Both the position numbers and the translations under genes were made by a program. From the NCBI GenBank assembly GCA_051748045.1, contig JBNJGY010000001.1, forward strand, positions 119,873 to 183,872: a stretch of 64,000 bases of DNA, written 5' to 3'. Shown in pieces: positions 30,013 through 37,919 of this stretch (its first letter is position 1; each line of letters opens with the position of its first letter). The notes beneath the pieces were generated by a model. That model made no database searches and was not told where the DNA came from. It was given only the letters and a program-made list of their open reading frames with translations. This stretch comes from Thermotogota bacterium (GTDB lineage Bacteria; Thermotogota; Thermotogae; Petrotogales; Petrotogaceae).

Positions 30013-31338
30013 ATGCAATTAGACTTTTTAGATGAAGCAAATATATTGGTCAAAGGTGGAAAAGGTGGAGATGGAGCTATTAGTTTCAGAAGAGAAAAAT
30101 ATGTCCCGAAAGGCGGACCAGATGGCGGAGACGGAGGTAATGGCGGTAGTGTGATAATAAGATCTACTCCAAATAAAACAACTTTGGTAGGTTTTAAATA
30201 TAAACGAAAATATTTCGCTGAGGACGGAGAAAAAGGAAAAGCAAAGAATATGTATGGAAAAGCGGGAGAAAATCTTATAATAGATGTTCCCTTAGGAACT
30301 ATGATTTTTAATTCGGAAACAAGAGAAATGTTAGCTGATTTGAAAGAACCAGGTAATTATTATATAGCTGTCAGAGGCGGTAAAGGAGGAAGAGGTAATT
30401 CAAAATTTGCCAATTCAACATTACAAGCCCCTAGGATTTCTGAAAACGGTGCAGATGGAGAGTTCAAGAGATTACATTTAGAACTTAAGTTAGTGGCGGA
30501 CATAGGAATAATTGGTTACCCGAATGTTGGTAAATCTACTTTGATTTCAAGAATATCTAAAGCAAAGCCAAAAATTGCTAACTACCATTTTACTACTTTA
30601 ACTCCTAATCTTGGTGTTGTTAAAGTAGATGAAGCGAAATCTTTTGTAGTAGCAGATATACCTGGGTTGATAGAAGGCGCTCATGAAGGAACAGGTTTAG
30701 GAGATCAATTCTTAAAACACATAGAAAGATGCTTTGGCTTACTTCATGTTGTTGATATATCAGGTTTTGAAGGAAGAGACCCTATAAAAGATTATAAAAA
30801 AATTAGAGAAGAATTAGAAAGATATTCTACTAATCTAGCAGAAAAAGATGAAATAGTTTGTGGTAATAAAATAGATTTGATCTTAGAAGATCAATTAAAA
30901 GAAAACATAGTTGAGTTTGAAAAACATATAGGAAAAGAAATAACTCCTATTTCTGCGTATACAAATAAAAATATAGATACTATTATTATGAAAATGTGGA
31001 ATATGATAAAAGATTATAAAGAAGATGAACTCAAAAAGATCGAAAAAATAAAAAGAACTTATGAAGACTTCAAAAAACTTAAAGTTGATCCTGTCGAAAA
31101 TGAGGTCTATGAATATTTTAATATAGAAGTTAAAAAAATAGGAGATCATGAATATGAAATATATGGCGAGGGAATTGATCTGCTTCTTAAAAAATATGAT
31201 GTTGGTGAAACAGATTCAAGAAGAAAAATTTTAAACATTTTAGAAAAAAATGGATTAAGTAGAACTTTAGGAAAATCAGGTGTTGAAGAAGGAGATACTA
31301 TTTATATTAGTGATTATGCGTTTGAATATATTCCTTGA
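30013..31338 (+). CDS. obg: GTPase Obg/CgtA
   Basis: Gly-rich Obg fold (GGKGGDG..SFRREK..P.GGPDGGDGGNGG), G1 GYPNVGKST, G3 DIPGLIEGA and a C-terminal OCT domain. Confidence 0.95.
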   Translation: MQLDFLDEANILVKGGKGGDGAISFRREKYVPKGGPDGGDGGNGGSVIIRSTPNKTTLVGFKYKRKYFAEDGEKGKAKNMYGKAGENLIIDVPLGTMIFNSETREMLADLKEPGNYYIAVRGGKGGRGNSKFANSTLQAPRISENGADGEFKRLHLELKLVADIGIIGYPNVGKSTLISRISKAKPKIANYHFTTLTPNLGVVKVDEAKSFVVADIPGLIEGAHEGTGLGDQFLKHIERCFGLLHVVDISGFEGRDPIKDYKKIREELERYSTNLAEKDEIVCGNKIDLILEDQLKENIVEFEKHIGKEITPISAYTNKNIDTIIMKMWNMIKDYKEDELKKIEKIKRTYEDFKKLKVDPVENEVYEYFNIEVKKIGDHEYEIYGEGIDLLLKKYDVGETDSRRKILNILEKNGLSRTLGKSGVEEGDTIYISDYAFEYIP

Positions 31339-31347
31339 GGTGGTATT

Positions 31348-31899
31348 ATGATTATTTTTTTTGGAGGATCTTTTAACCCTCCTCATATTGGGCATAAAAT
31401 AATAGCTAACATAGTATATGATGAACATAAACCTAACAGATTCATTATTTCGGCTACCCCAAAACCCCCTCATAAGAGAAATTTTAATTTAATTGATAAT
31501 CAGTTAAGAAAAGAATTTTGTAAACAAACTTTTGGAAATAAATTTGAAATAACTAATATAGAAGACGAATTACCAAAACCATCATATACACTCCAGACTT
31601 TAGAATATTTAAAAAATATTGATAATGATTTATTTTTATTAATTGGAGAAGATAGTTTATACAATTTTAAAAAATGGTATGAGTACAAAAAAATATTAGA
31701 AATTTCTTCATTACTTGTTTATCCTAGAAATGGTTTTAGAACTACCAAAAATGATATAATTCATACAAAAATTGATGCCCCAATAATAGAAATATCATCC
31801 ACTTATATTAGAGAAAGAGTTAAAAAAGAAAAAACTATTGAAGGAATGGTAGAAAAAGATATTGAAGAAAAGATTAAACAAACTTACAAAAATTTTTGA
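31348..31899 (+). CDS. nadD: Nicotinate-nucleotide adenylyltransferase
   Basis: N-terminal GGSFNPPHIGH and a C-terminal ISST.IR motif (ISSTYIRERV). The obg-nadD neighbourhood is typical. Confidence 0.85.
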   Translation: MIIFFGGSFNPPHIGHKIIANIVYDEHKPNRFIISATPKPPHKRNFNLIDNQLRKEFCKQTFGNKFEITNIEDELPKPSYTLQTLEYLKNIDNDLFLLIGEDSLYNFKKWYEYKKILEISSLLVYPRNGFRTTKNDIIHTKIDAPIIEISSTYIRERVKKEKTIEGMVEKDIEEKIKQTYKNF

Positions 31900-31928
31900 T
31901 TGACAAAAAAAAATTTCTAATGTATAAT
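31900..31928 (+). promoter_or_regulatory. Exact-consensus sigma70 promoter TTGACA-N17-TATAAT driving tRNA-Leu(GAG)
   Basis: TTGACA at 31900-31905, a 17-nt spacer and TATAAT at 31923-31928. The tRNA starts 21 nt downstream. Confidence 0.75.
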
Positions 31929-31948
31929 AATTTCCGATTGTTATTTTT

Positions 31949-32037
31949 GCCGAGGTGGTGGAATTGGTAGACACGTATGGTTGAGGGCCATATGGGCAAT
32001 TGAGCTCGTGCGGGTTCAAATCCCGCCCTCGGCACCA
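31949..32037 (+). tRNA. tRNA-Leu (anticodon GAG), CCA encoded
   Basis: Hand-folded cloverleaf: acceptor GCCGAGG/CCTCGGC, anticodon stem TATGG/CCATA with loop TTGAGGG, a long variable arm and T-arm GCGGG-TTCAAAT-CCCGC, ending ACCA. Confidence 0.9.
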
Positions 32038-32040
32038 AAA

Positions 32041-32075
32041 AACAGGAGACGATTTATTCGTCTCCTGTTTTTTTT
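32041..32075. terminator. Strong intrinsic terminator after tRNA-Leu (shared with the convergent membrane-protein gene)
   Basis: 12-bp perfect stem AACAGGAGACGA-TTTAT-TCGTCTCCTGTT followed by a T-run. The stem overlaps the 3' end of the minus-strand CDS. Confidence 0.75.
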
Positions 32076-33055
32076 GGTCTTAATATAAATAGAATAATAC
32101 CTATAAAAATAACAAAATAATATGTAACTAACCTCCATATAAAAACAGAAGTATTTATAGTAAAAATATCAGCAGTTCCAGCAAATATAATATAATAAAA
32201 GCCTTCTGCAGCCCCTGCTGTACCTGGTGTAGGTACAATTGCAGCTCCTATATCTAAAACTAAAGATTTGAAAAAAACATCTATTGAAAACCCAACATCG
32301 AATCCCATCAATACGAATATTATAGAAAAAACGTATGTCATAACTTGAACTGTACTTAAAAACAAGACCATTAAAAATTGAGGTATTTTTTTTGAGTTTG
32401 TTTTAAACATATTTACAAATGATTCTACATTACTAACAATTTTTTCCATTTTATCTTCTGGTTTTTTTATAATTTTTATTTTTTTCAAAAAAAACGTAAA
32501 TCTTCTGACAACTCGAATTGATTTATCTTTACTCAAAGAGAACATTAAGATTAAAAAAATTACAAATCCATTTAATAATGTCCCTCCTAAAACAATAAGT
32601 GTTGATTTTAGATTTAGGTTAAAATAAGAATAAAATAGACCTACAAAGCCTAGAATAGTCATTACAATTTGAAAAATCATAGATTTATATATTATACTTG
32701 CAGTTGTTTCGCCAGGCTTTATACCTTTTTGAGATAAATAATAAACTAAAACTGGCTGTCCACCAGTAAAAAAAGGAGTAAGATAATTAAATAAATTACC
32801 TATTATAACTATTCTCATGAGAGAAAAGAAACCAAATTTATTCTTATGATCAAAAAGAGAAATTTTTAAAATTAATGTTTCTGATACCCATTTGACTATC
32901 ATCATTAAAATTCCTAAAAAAGCATAATAAACTACAAAAGATTTTAACTTTTCAATATTCTCTTCAACCCCAGTACTCAAAGTAAAAACAGATATAATAC
33001 CAAAAGTAAGTACTAAAGATAAAATAAAACCTCTAATATATTTCTTTTTATTCAT
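32054..33055 (-). CDS. Integral membrane protein, LPG-synthase-TM/flippase-like (UPF0104) family
   Basis: About 8 TM segments with a conserved-type PTPGTAGAAEG motif. ATG 33055 is preceded by GGGGTGGAG, so the ORF-track TTG 33076 is likely spurious. Confidence 0.6.
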   Translation of the reverse strand: MNKKKYIRGFILSLVLTFGIISVFTLSTGVEENIEKLKSFVVYYAFLGILMMIVKWVSETLILKISLFDHKNKFGFFSLMRIVIIGNLFNYLTPFFTGGQPVLVYYLSQKGIKPGETTASIIYKSMIFQIVMTILGFVGLFYSYFNLNLKSTLIVLGGTLLNGFVIFLILMFSLSKDKSIRVVRRFTFFLKKIKIIKKPEDKMEKIVSNVESFVNMFKTNSKKIPQFLMVLFLSTVQVMTYVFSIIFVLMGFDVGFSIDVFFKSLVLDIGAAIVPTPGTAGAAEGFYYIIFAGTADIFTINTSVFIWRLVTYYFVIFIGIILFILRPKKTGDE

Positions 33056-33074
33056 TTCTCCACCCCAAACAAAC

Positions 33075-33097
33075 AAAAAGAGCGCCTAAGCGCCCTT
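33075..33097 (-). terminator. Intrinsic terminator after cheW
   Basis: Minus strand reads AGGGCGC-TTAG-GCGCTCT followed by TTTTGTTT. Confidence 0.55.
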
Positions 33098-33100
33098 CAA

Positions 33101-33568
33101 TTAAGCTTCTTTCATAACTTGTTCTAAGGACATTTTTTCTTCAGAGCTTAATAATTTATCTACATCTAAAATTATAAGCATCTCATCCTCTAACCTTGCA
33201 ATTCCTGAGATGAAATTTACATTATTCATTCCACCTACATCAGGTTTTTCTTCAATTAAATTAGAAGAAATAGTTTTTACTTCTTTTACATCATCAACCA
33301 TTATTCCAATTTTTCTCTGAGCCATTTTAATAACAATTACTTTACATTTTGATTTTTCTTGAAAATCAGGGAATTTGAATTTATTTCTCATATTCACCAA
33401 AGGTAGAACTTCTTCTTTTCTGAAGTTAATTACTCCTTCTAGATACTCTGCAACATGAGGGATGACTGTAACCTCTTCATATTCAGTAACAGCATCTATC
33501 TTCATAATGTCTAGTCCAAATTTTTCTTTTCCTAAATTAAATGTTACTATCTTCATGTCTGTAGCCAT
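33101..33568 (-). CDS. cheW: Chemotaxis coupling protein CheW
   Basis: 155 aa with the CheW domain pattern (..F.LGKEKFGLDI..I..V...........P....G.IN.R.E..P..........VD.V.EV). Confidence 0.85.
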   Translation of the reverse strand: MATDMKIVTFNLGKEKFGLDIMKIDAVTEYEEVTVIPHVAEYLEGVINFRKEEVLPLVNMRNKFKFPDFQEKSKCKVIVIKMAQRKIGIMVDDVKEVKTISSNLIEEKPDVGGMNNVNFISGIARLEDEMLIILDVDKLLSSEEKMSLEQVMKEA

Positions 33569-33686
33569 TTCGACACCCTCCCAGCTTTTTAATGTTATAA
33601 TTTAAAGGAAGTAATTCTATTAATAACATTATACTATATTTTATAATATATTAAAAATAATAAATAATCAAATATGAGGTGGTATT

Positions 33687-34247
33687 ATGTACGAAAGAGA
33701 AAAAAAATATATAATTAGTGATTATGAAAGTTATTTAAAGCTTAAACACAACTATTTGAAAAAAGATTTGTTGATCCAATGGTACAAAGATACCGGAGAA
33801 AGAATAAGGTTGATAAAAACATCTAATGGAAATGAAACATGGATTAAAACAATTAAAAAATATATTTCTTCAGAGATTAGACATGAAGAAGAGGAAGTTA
33901 TACCAAAACCTAATTCAATAGAACTAAATAATTTACCCGTTGTAGCAAAAATAAGATATCTTATTTTAGAAGATCCGGAAATAGTTATAGATAGACTATT
34001 AAATCCTTTAAGGATTATTAAATATAAATTATCTTTTGATAAAATAAAATACTTATTAGAGATAGAAGAAAAATATAACAAAATAGAAGATCTGGATAAA
34101 TATTTAAAAATATATTTAAAAGATGATTATAACAGGTTGAAACAAATAGATAAGAAAAACATCTTCACTAATAGAGACTTCGCTGGTGATTATGATTCAA
34201 CCGCTGATCAGCTGATTAAATACTGTAAGGAAGATTTTAATGGGTAA
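33687..34247 (+). CDS. Hypothetical protein, possible CYTH-like domain
   Basis: 186 aa with an N-terminal ExExK signature (Y-E-R-E-K-K-Y-I-I), as in CYTH/triphosphate tunnel enzymes. There is no other support. Confidence 0.4.
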   Translation: MYEREKKYIISDYESYLKLKHNYLKKDLLIQWYKDTGERIRLIKTSNGNETWIKTIKKYISSEIRHEEEEVIPKPNSIELNNLPVVAKIRYLILEDPEIVIDRLLNPLRIIKYKLSFDKIKYLLEIEEKYNKIEDLDKYLKIYLKDDYNRLKQIDKKNIFTNRDFAGDYDSTADQLIKYCKEDFNG

Positions 34248-34926
34248 ATTATATATTGTCGGAACACCTATAGGTAATTTAGAAGATATTTCTGTAAGAG
34301 CTTTAAAAACATTGAAAAAAGCAGATTTAATTTTAACTGAAGACAAAAGAGTTACTATTAAATTATTAAATGCCTTAGACATTGGAGAAAAAAATTTATT
34401 TACTTTTAATCAAGCTAATTCAGAAAGAAAGATAAATCAAGTAATAGAACTTATTAATACACATAATAACATATGTTTAGTTAGTGATGCAGGAATGCCT
34501 GTTATTTCTGATCCTGGGGCAAATTTAATAGATACTTGCTATAATAAAAAAATTGAAATTGATATAATACCTGGGCCCTCTGCACCTATAACTGCTTTGA
34601 CTGCAAGTGGTTTTCCTGGCTCAAAATTTACATTTTTAGGATTTCTTCCAAGAGACAAAAATAGAAGAAGACTCTTTAGAAAAATTAACAATAATTTAGA
34701 AAGTGAAATATACATTTTTTTTGACTCTCCAAACAGATTAATATCAACTTTAAAAGATCTAGAAAAAATAATTGGCGATGTTGAAGTTTTTATTGCAAGA
34801 GAAATTACTAAATTACATCAAGAATTTTTCAAAGGAACTACTCAAGAAGTAATTGATCATTTTACTAATAATCCTTTAAAAGGAGAGATTACAGTTGCTT
34901 TTTCAAAACGAAAACCAATTTCCTAA
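34240..34926 (+). CDS. rsmI: 16S rRNA (cytidine1402-2'-O)-methyltransferase
   Basis: N-terminal GKLYIVGTPIGNLEDIS.RA...L...D.I..EDKR and SDAGMP.ISDPG motifs. Confidence 0.9.
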   Translation: MGKLYIVGTPIGNLEDISVRALKTLKKADLILTEDKRVTIKLLNALDIGEKNLFTFNQANSERKINQVIELINTHNNICLVSDAGMPVISDPGANLIDTCYNKKIEIDIIPGPSAPITALTASGFPGSKFTFLGFLPRDKNRRRLFRKINNNLESEIYIFFDSPNRLISTLKDLEKIIGDVEVFIAREITKLHQEFFKGTTQEVIDHFTNNPLKGEITVAFSKRKPIS

Positions 34927-36307
34927 ATTTGAAAATATTAAATCATTATTGGACAAATTATATGATGATTTTAAAAATTCTGATTTATATGGAAGAGAAA
35001 TTGTAGTTACAGGCGATATCACTTCTGCAAAGTTTAGTAAAAGAAAGGATTTATTTATAGAAATATCTCAAAAAGTTAAAAACACAAACTATTCTATAAC
35101 TGTTTTTTTCCCTAATGGTATGGTAAAATATTTATTTAAAAATATAAGCTTACAGGAAACAAAAGACTTAATAAATAAAAGATGGAATATAAAAGGAAAA
35201 ATTTCCTTATGGAAATCGTCAGCTAAATATGTCATAAATGGGTTAAGTTTGAGTGCTTTAGGCGATTCTGAAATAGAATTAAAAAGAAAAAAAATATTAA
35301 AGCTACTTGATTCTAAAAATCTTTTGCAAAAAGAAGAGCATTCCTTGGATGAACTAAACCCAATAAAAAAAATAGCAGTTATAACTTCACCAACTGCAGC
35401 TGGTTTTGGTGATTTTAAGAAAAATCTAAATGAGGCGAAAATAAATCCTCTTATACATTTGTATGAATCACCAATGCAAGGAGCTTCAACAGTACCTGGA
35501 ATGAAAAACGCTTTACGAAATATTATTAAATCAAAAATAGAATATGATTTAATAGTAATAATTCGAGGGGGCGGTTCAAAATCTGATCTCATGTATTTCG
35601 ATGATGAAGAAATTGGTTTTTATATTTCAAAAATGAATGAGAGAATTCCTGTATTGAGTGGTATAGGGCACGAACAAGATAAAACTATTCCTGATTATGT
35701 AGCATGGAAAAGTTACTCAACACCAACTGAGGTTTCAAAAGACATTACAAACGCTATAAATAAAAAATATGAGACTCTGGAATTGTATAGTAAAAATATT
35801 TTCTTATATTTTTCACGATTTTTTATAACTGTTGAAAACTATATAAGTATAAAGCAGATTTATTATCTTAGTAATATGCTGAATAAAAAAATTGATAATG
35901 ATGAAAATATTTTAAAAAATCAAAAGAATAAAATTTCTCGTGAATTTTCTTTTCTTTTTAATCAAAAAGAAACCAAACTTGATTCTATTAAAGCTCGTAA
36001 TATTAAACAAAAAATAAACCAAGACCTTTCTTTATTTCAAGACAAAATAGATTTTTATTATAATAACATAAATAAAAATATAAATGATTTGGTTTTTAAA
36101 CAAGAAAATAAATTAGCAAATATTTATTATAATATTACAGCTAATAGCCCATTTGCTTCATTTTTAAATAAAGGGGCTTTAATAAAAAAAGATAATAAAA
36201 TAATTAGCTCTTCAAAATTTTTAAAAAAAGATGATACAGTCAACATTATTTTCAAAGATGGAAAAGTTGAAAGCAAAATCTTAAAAATACAAGAGTGGGA
36301 GGACTAA
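34895..36307 (+). CDS. xseA: Exodeoxyribonuclease VII large subunit
   Basis: 470 aa with an N-terminal OB fold, the catalytic region (IAVITSPTAAGFGDF; IIRGGGS..DL..F..E) and a coiled-coil tail, followed by xseB. The TTG start is uncertain. Confidence 0.82.
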   Translation: MLFQNENQFPKFENIKSLLDKLYDDFKNSDLYGREIVVTGDITSAKFSKRKDLFIEISQKVKNTNYSITVFFPNGMVKYLFKNISLQETKDLINKRWNIKGKISLWKSSAKYVINGLSLSALGDSEIELKRKKILKLLDSKNLLQKEEHSLDELNPIKKIAVITSPTAAGFGDFKKNLNEAKINPLIHLYESPMQGASTVPGMKNALRNIIKSKIEYDLIVIIRGGGSKSDLMYFDDEEIGFYISKMNERIPVLSGIGHEQDKTIPDYVAWKSYSTPTEVSKDITNAINKKYETLELYSKNIFLYFSRFFITVENYISIKQIYYLSNMLNKKIDNDENILKNQKNKISREFSFLFNQKETKLDSIKARNIKQKINQDLSLFQDKIDFYYNNINKNINDLVFKQENKLANIYYNITANSPFASFLNKGALIKKDNKIISSSKFLKKDDTVNIIFKDGKVESKILKIQEWED

Positions 36308-36309
36308 CT

Positions 36310-36576
36310 ATGAAGAATATTATGGAATTAACCAAAAAAGAAATCGAAAAATTAAGTTTCAACAAACAACTTGAATATTTAGAAGAAATAAATGATTTAT
36401 TTCAAAATGATAATGGTGAAATGAATGTCGAAGATGCTCTTGAATTATATAAAAAATCGTTGGAAATTTTATCAAAAGCAAAAAGCAAACTAGGCCTACT
36501 AAAAGAAGAAAAAGAAAAAATTGATTCTGAATATGAAAAATTGTTTGAAAGCGAAAAAAACGAAGATGAAGATTGA
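36310..36576 (+). CDS. xseB: Exodeoxyribonuclease VII small subunit
   Basis: 88 aa with an LEE.......LE....LE..L..Y..G..L-type helical pattern. ATG 36310 is preceded by GGGAGGA and lies immediately after xseA. Confidence 0.75.
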   Translation: MKNIMELTKKEIEKLSFNKQLEYLEEINDLFQNDNGEMNVEDALELYKKSLEILSKAKSKLGLLKEEKEKIDSEYEKLFESEKNEDED

Positions 36577-36593
36577 AATATTTTTCATTTCTT

Positions 36594-36639
36594 AACAGCT
36601 GATTTATTTGATAATATAAATCAGTTGTTTTATTTTTTT
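36594..36639 (+). terminator. Intrinsic terminator after xseB
   Basis: AACAGCTGATTTAT-loop-ATAAATCAGTTGTT (14 bp with one G-U) followed by TTATTTTTTT. Confidence 0.65.
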
Positions 36640-36971
36640 ACCAGTGTGAAATTTTTATCATAGATATATTTTAATTAAATATTTGCATTTAATCATTCTA
36701 GATTGTCATTTTTTGACTCTATGTATATTTTCACCACATTGTTATTGTAAATAAATTCTGTTAAAATCATATTGGATTTATTAATGTGTAAATTTAAAGA
36801 CATTTTCACTTGTTGTTAAATGAAGTTATTTTCTTATTAATTATTGTATGATTTAATAATTAATGAAAGTTGAATTTTGTTTTATTGTTTTTATATTTTT
36901 TTTAATTTATAGTGAACTTGTGAATTAAATATCAATTATGATTAAATTTATCCTATTTGGGAGGGAAGAAG

Positions 36972-37490
36972 ATGACAGATTCTCTTGATATTCAAATGAA
37001 GGAACTTGAAGAGTATTTAGATAGTTTAAACCTTGAAAATGAAAATGAAGTAGAAAGAAGAAGTTATTTGATTAGAGCACTACACAAAGCTCAGCAAATT
37101 GTTGGCTATTTACCGATTGAAGTTCAAAAATTAATAGCTGAAAAATTGAGAGTTCATGCTTCACAAGTATATGGAGTAGTTACTTTCTACAATTTTTTTA
37201 GTATGAAGCCAAAAGGTAAATTCCCTATCAGTGTTTGTTTGGGTACAGCTTGTTATGTTAGAGGCGCTGGAGATTTATTTGATGAGTTGAAAAAGATTTT
37301 AGGCCTTGAAGATAACGAAACTTCTGAAGATGGAATATTTTCTCTTCACTCTGTAAGATGTGTTGGAGCATGTGGATTAGCACCTGTTTTGATGGTTGGT
37401 GAAAAAGTTCACGGTAGAGTTAAAAAAGAAGATCTTCCACAATTGATTGAAGATTACAAAGTAAAAGCCAAAGAAGAAGGACTAATTTAA
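36972..37490 (+). CDS. hydC: [FeFe]-hydrogenase NuoE-like [2Fe-2S] subunit
   Basis: 172 aa from ATG 36972 (SD GGGAGGGAAG). It has the NuoE/24-kDa pattern with the Cys ligands C..C....C.GAC (VCLGTACYVRG...VRCVGACGLAP). Confidence 0.85.
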   Translation: MTDSLDIQMKELEEYLDSLNLENENEVERRSYLIRALHKAQQIVGYLPIEVQKLIAEKLRVHASQVYGVVTFYNFFSMKPKGKFPISVCLGTACYVRGAGDLFDELKKILGLEDNETSEDGIFSLHSVRCVGACGLAPVLMVGEKVHGRVKKEDLPQLIEDYKVKAKEEGLI

Positions 37491-37503
37491 GGAGGTTCTG
37501 GAT

Positions 37504-37899
37504 ATGTCTAAAATAAAAAGCATTGAAGAACTAATGAAAATGAAGGATGAAGCTCAACAAAATATAAAATTTAGAAATGCAGCAGATAAAAAAGAAAAGA
37601 CAATTTTAAAAGTTGCAATGGGAACCTGTGGAATTTCTGCAGGGGCTAAAGAAACATTTAATAAATTAATAGATGTTATCGATAATAAAGATTTAGATGA
37701 CGTTGTAGTTATTCAAACGGGTTGTATGGGTTACTGCCATGCAGAACCAACAGTTGAAGTTAATGAACCAGGTAAAGAGCCTATTTTATATGGTCATATA
37801 GATGAATCAAGAGTTGAAGAATTAGTTGAAAAACATTTGATTAAAAATGAATTACTTCAAGACTCTATCATAGGCGAAACTCATAAAAGAGCTGAATAA
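37504..37899 (+). CDS. Thioredoxin-like [2Fe-2S] ferredoxin-domain protein
   Basis: 131 aa with the Cys pattern GTCGISAGA ... TGCMGYCHAEP, typical of the small ferredoxin-like subunit in NuoEF-type hydrogenase operons. Confidence 0.7.
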   Translation: MSKIKSIEELMKMKDEAQQNIKFRNAADKKEKTILKVAMGTCGISAGAKETFNKLIDVIDNKDLDDVVVIQTGCMGYCHAEPTVEVNEPGKEPILYGHIDESRVEELVEKHLIKNELLQDSIIGETHKRAE

Positions 37900-37919
37900 G
37901 TTAGGAGGGAATAAAACTA

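Noticed and set aside
35089-35592. 167-aa minus-strand ORF inside xseA
   Set aside because: It is an antisense shadow ORF with a Phe/Ile/Ser-rich translation and no independent signals.
36863-36928. 21-codon hydrophobic mini-ORF (MKVEFCFIVFIFFLIYSELVN) in the hydrogenase leader; considered as a leader peptide
   Set aside because: There is no SD upstream, the composition is what poly-T-rich DNA yields by chance, and I cannot assess conservation. It is not supportable from sequence alone.
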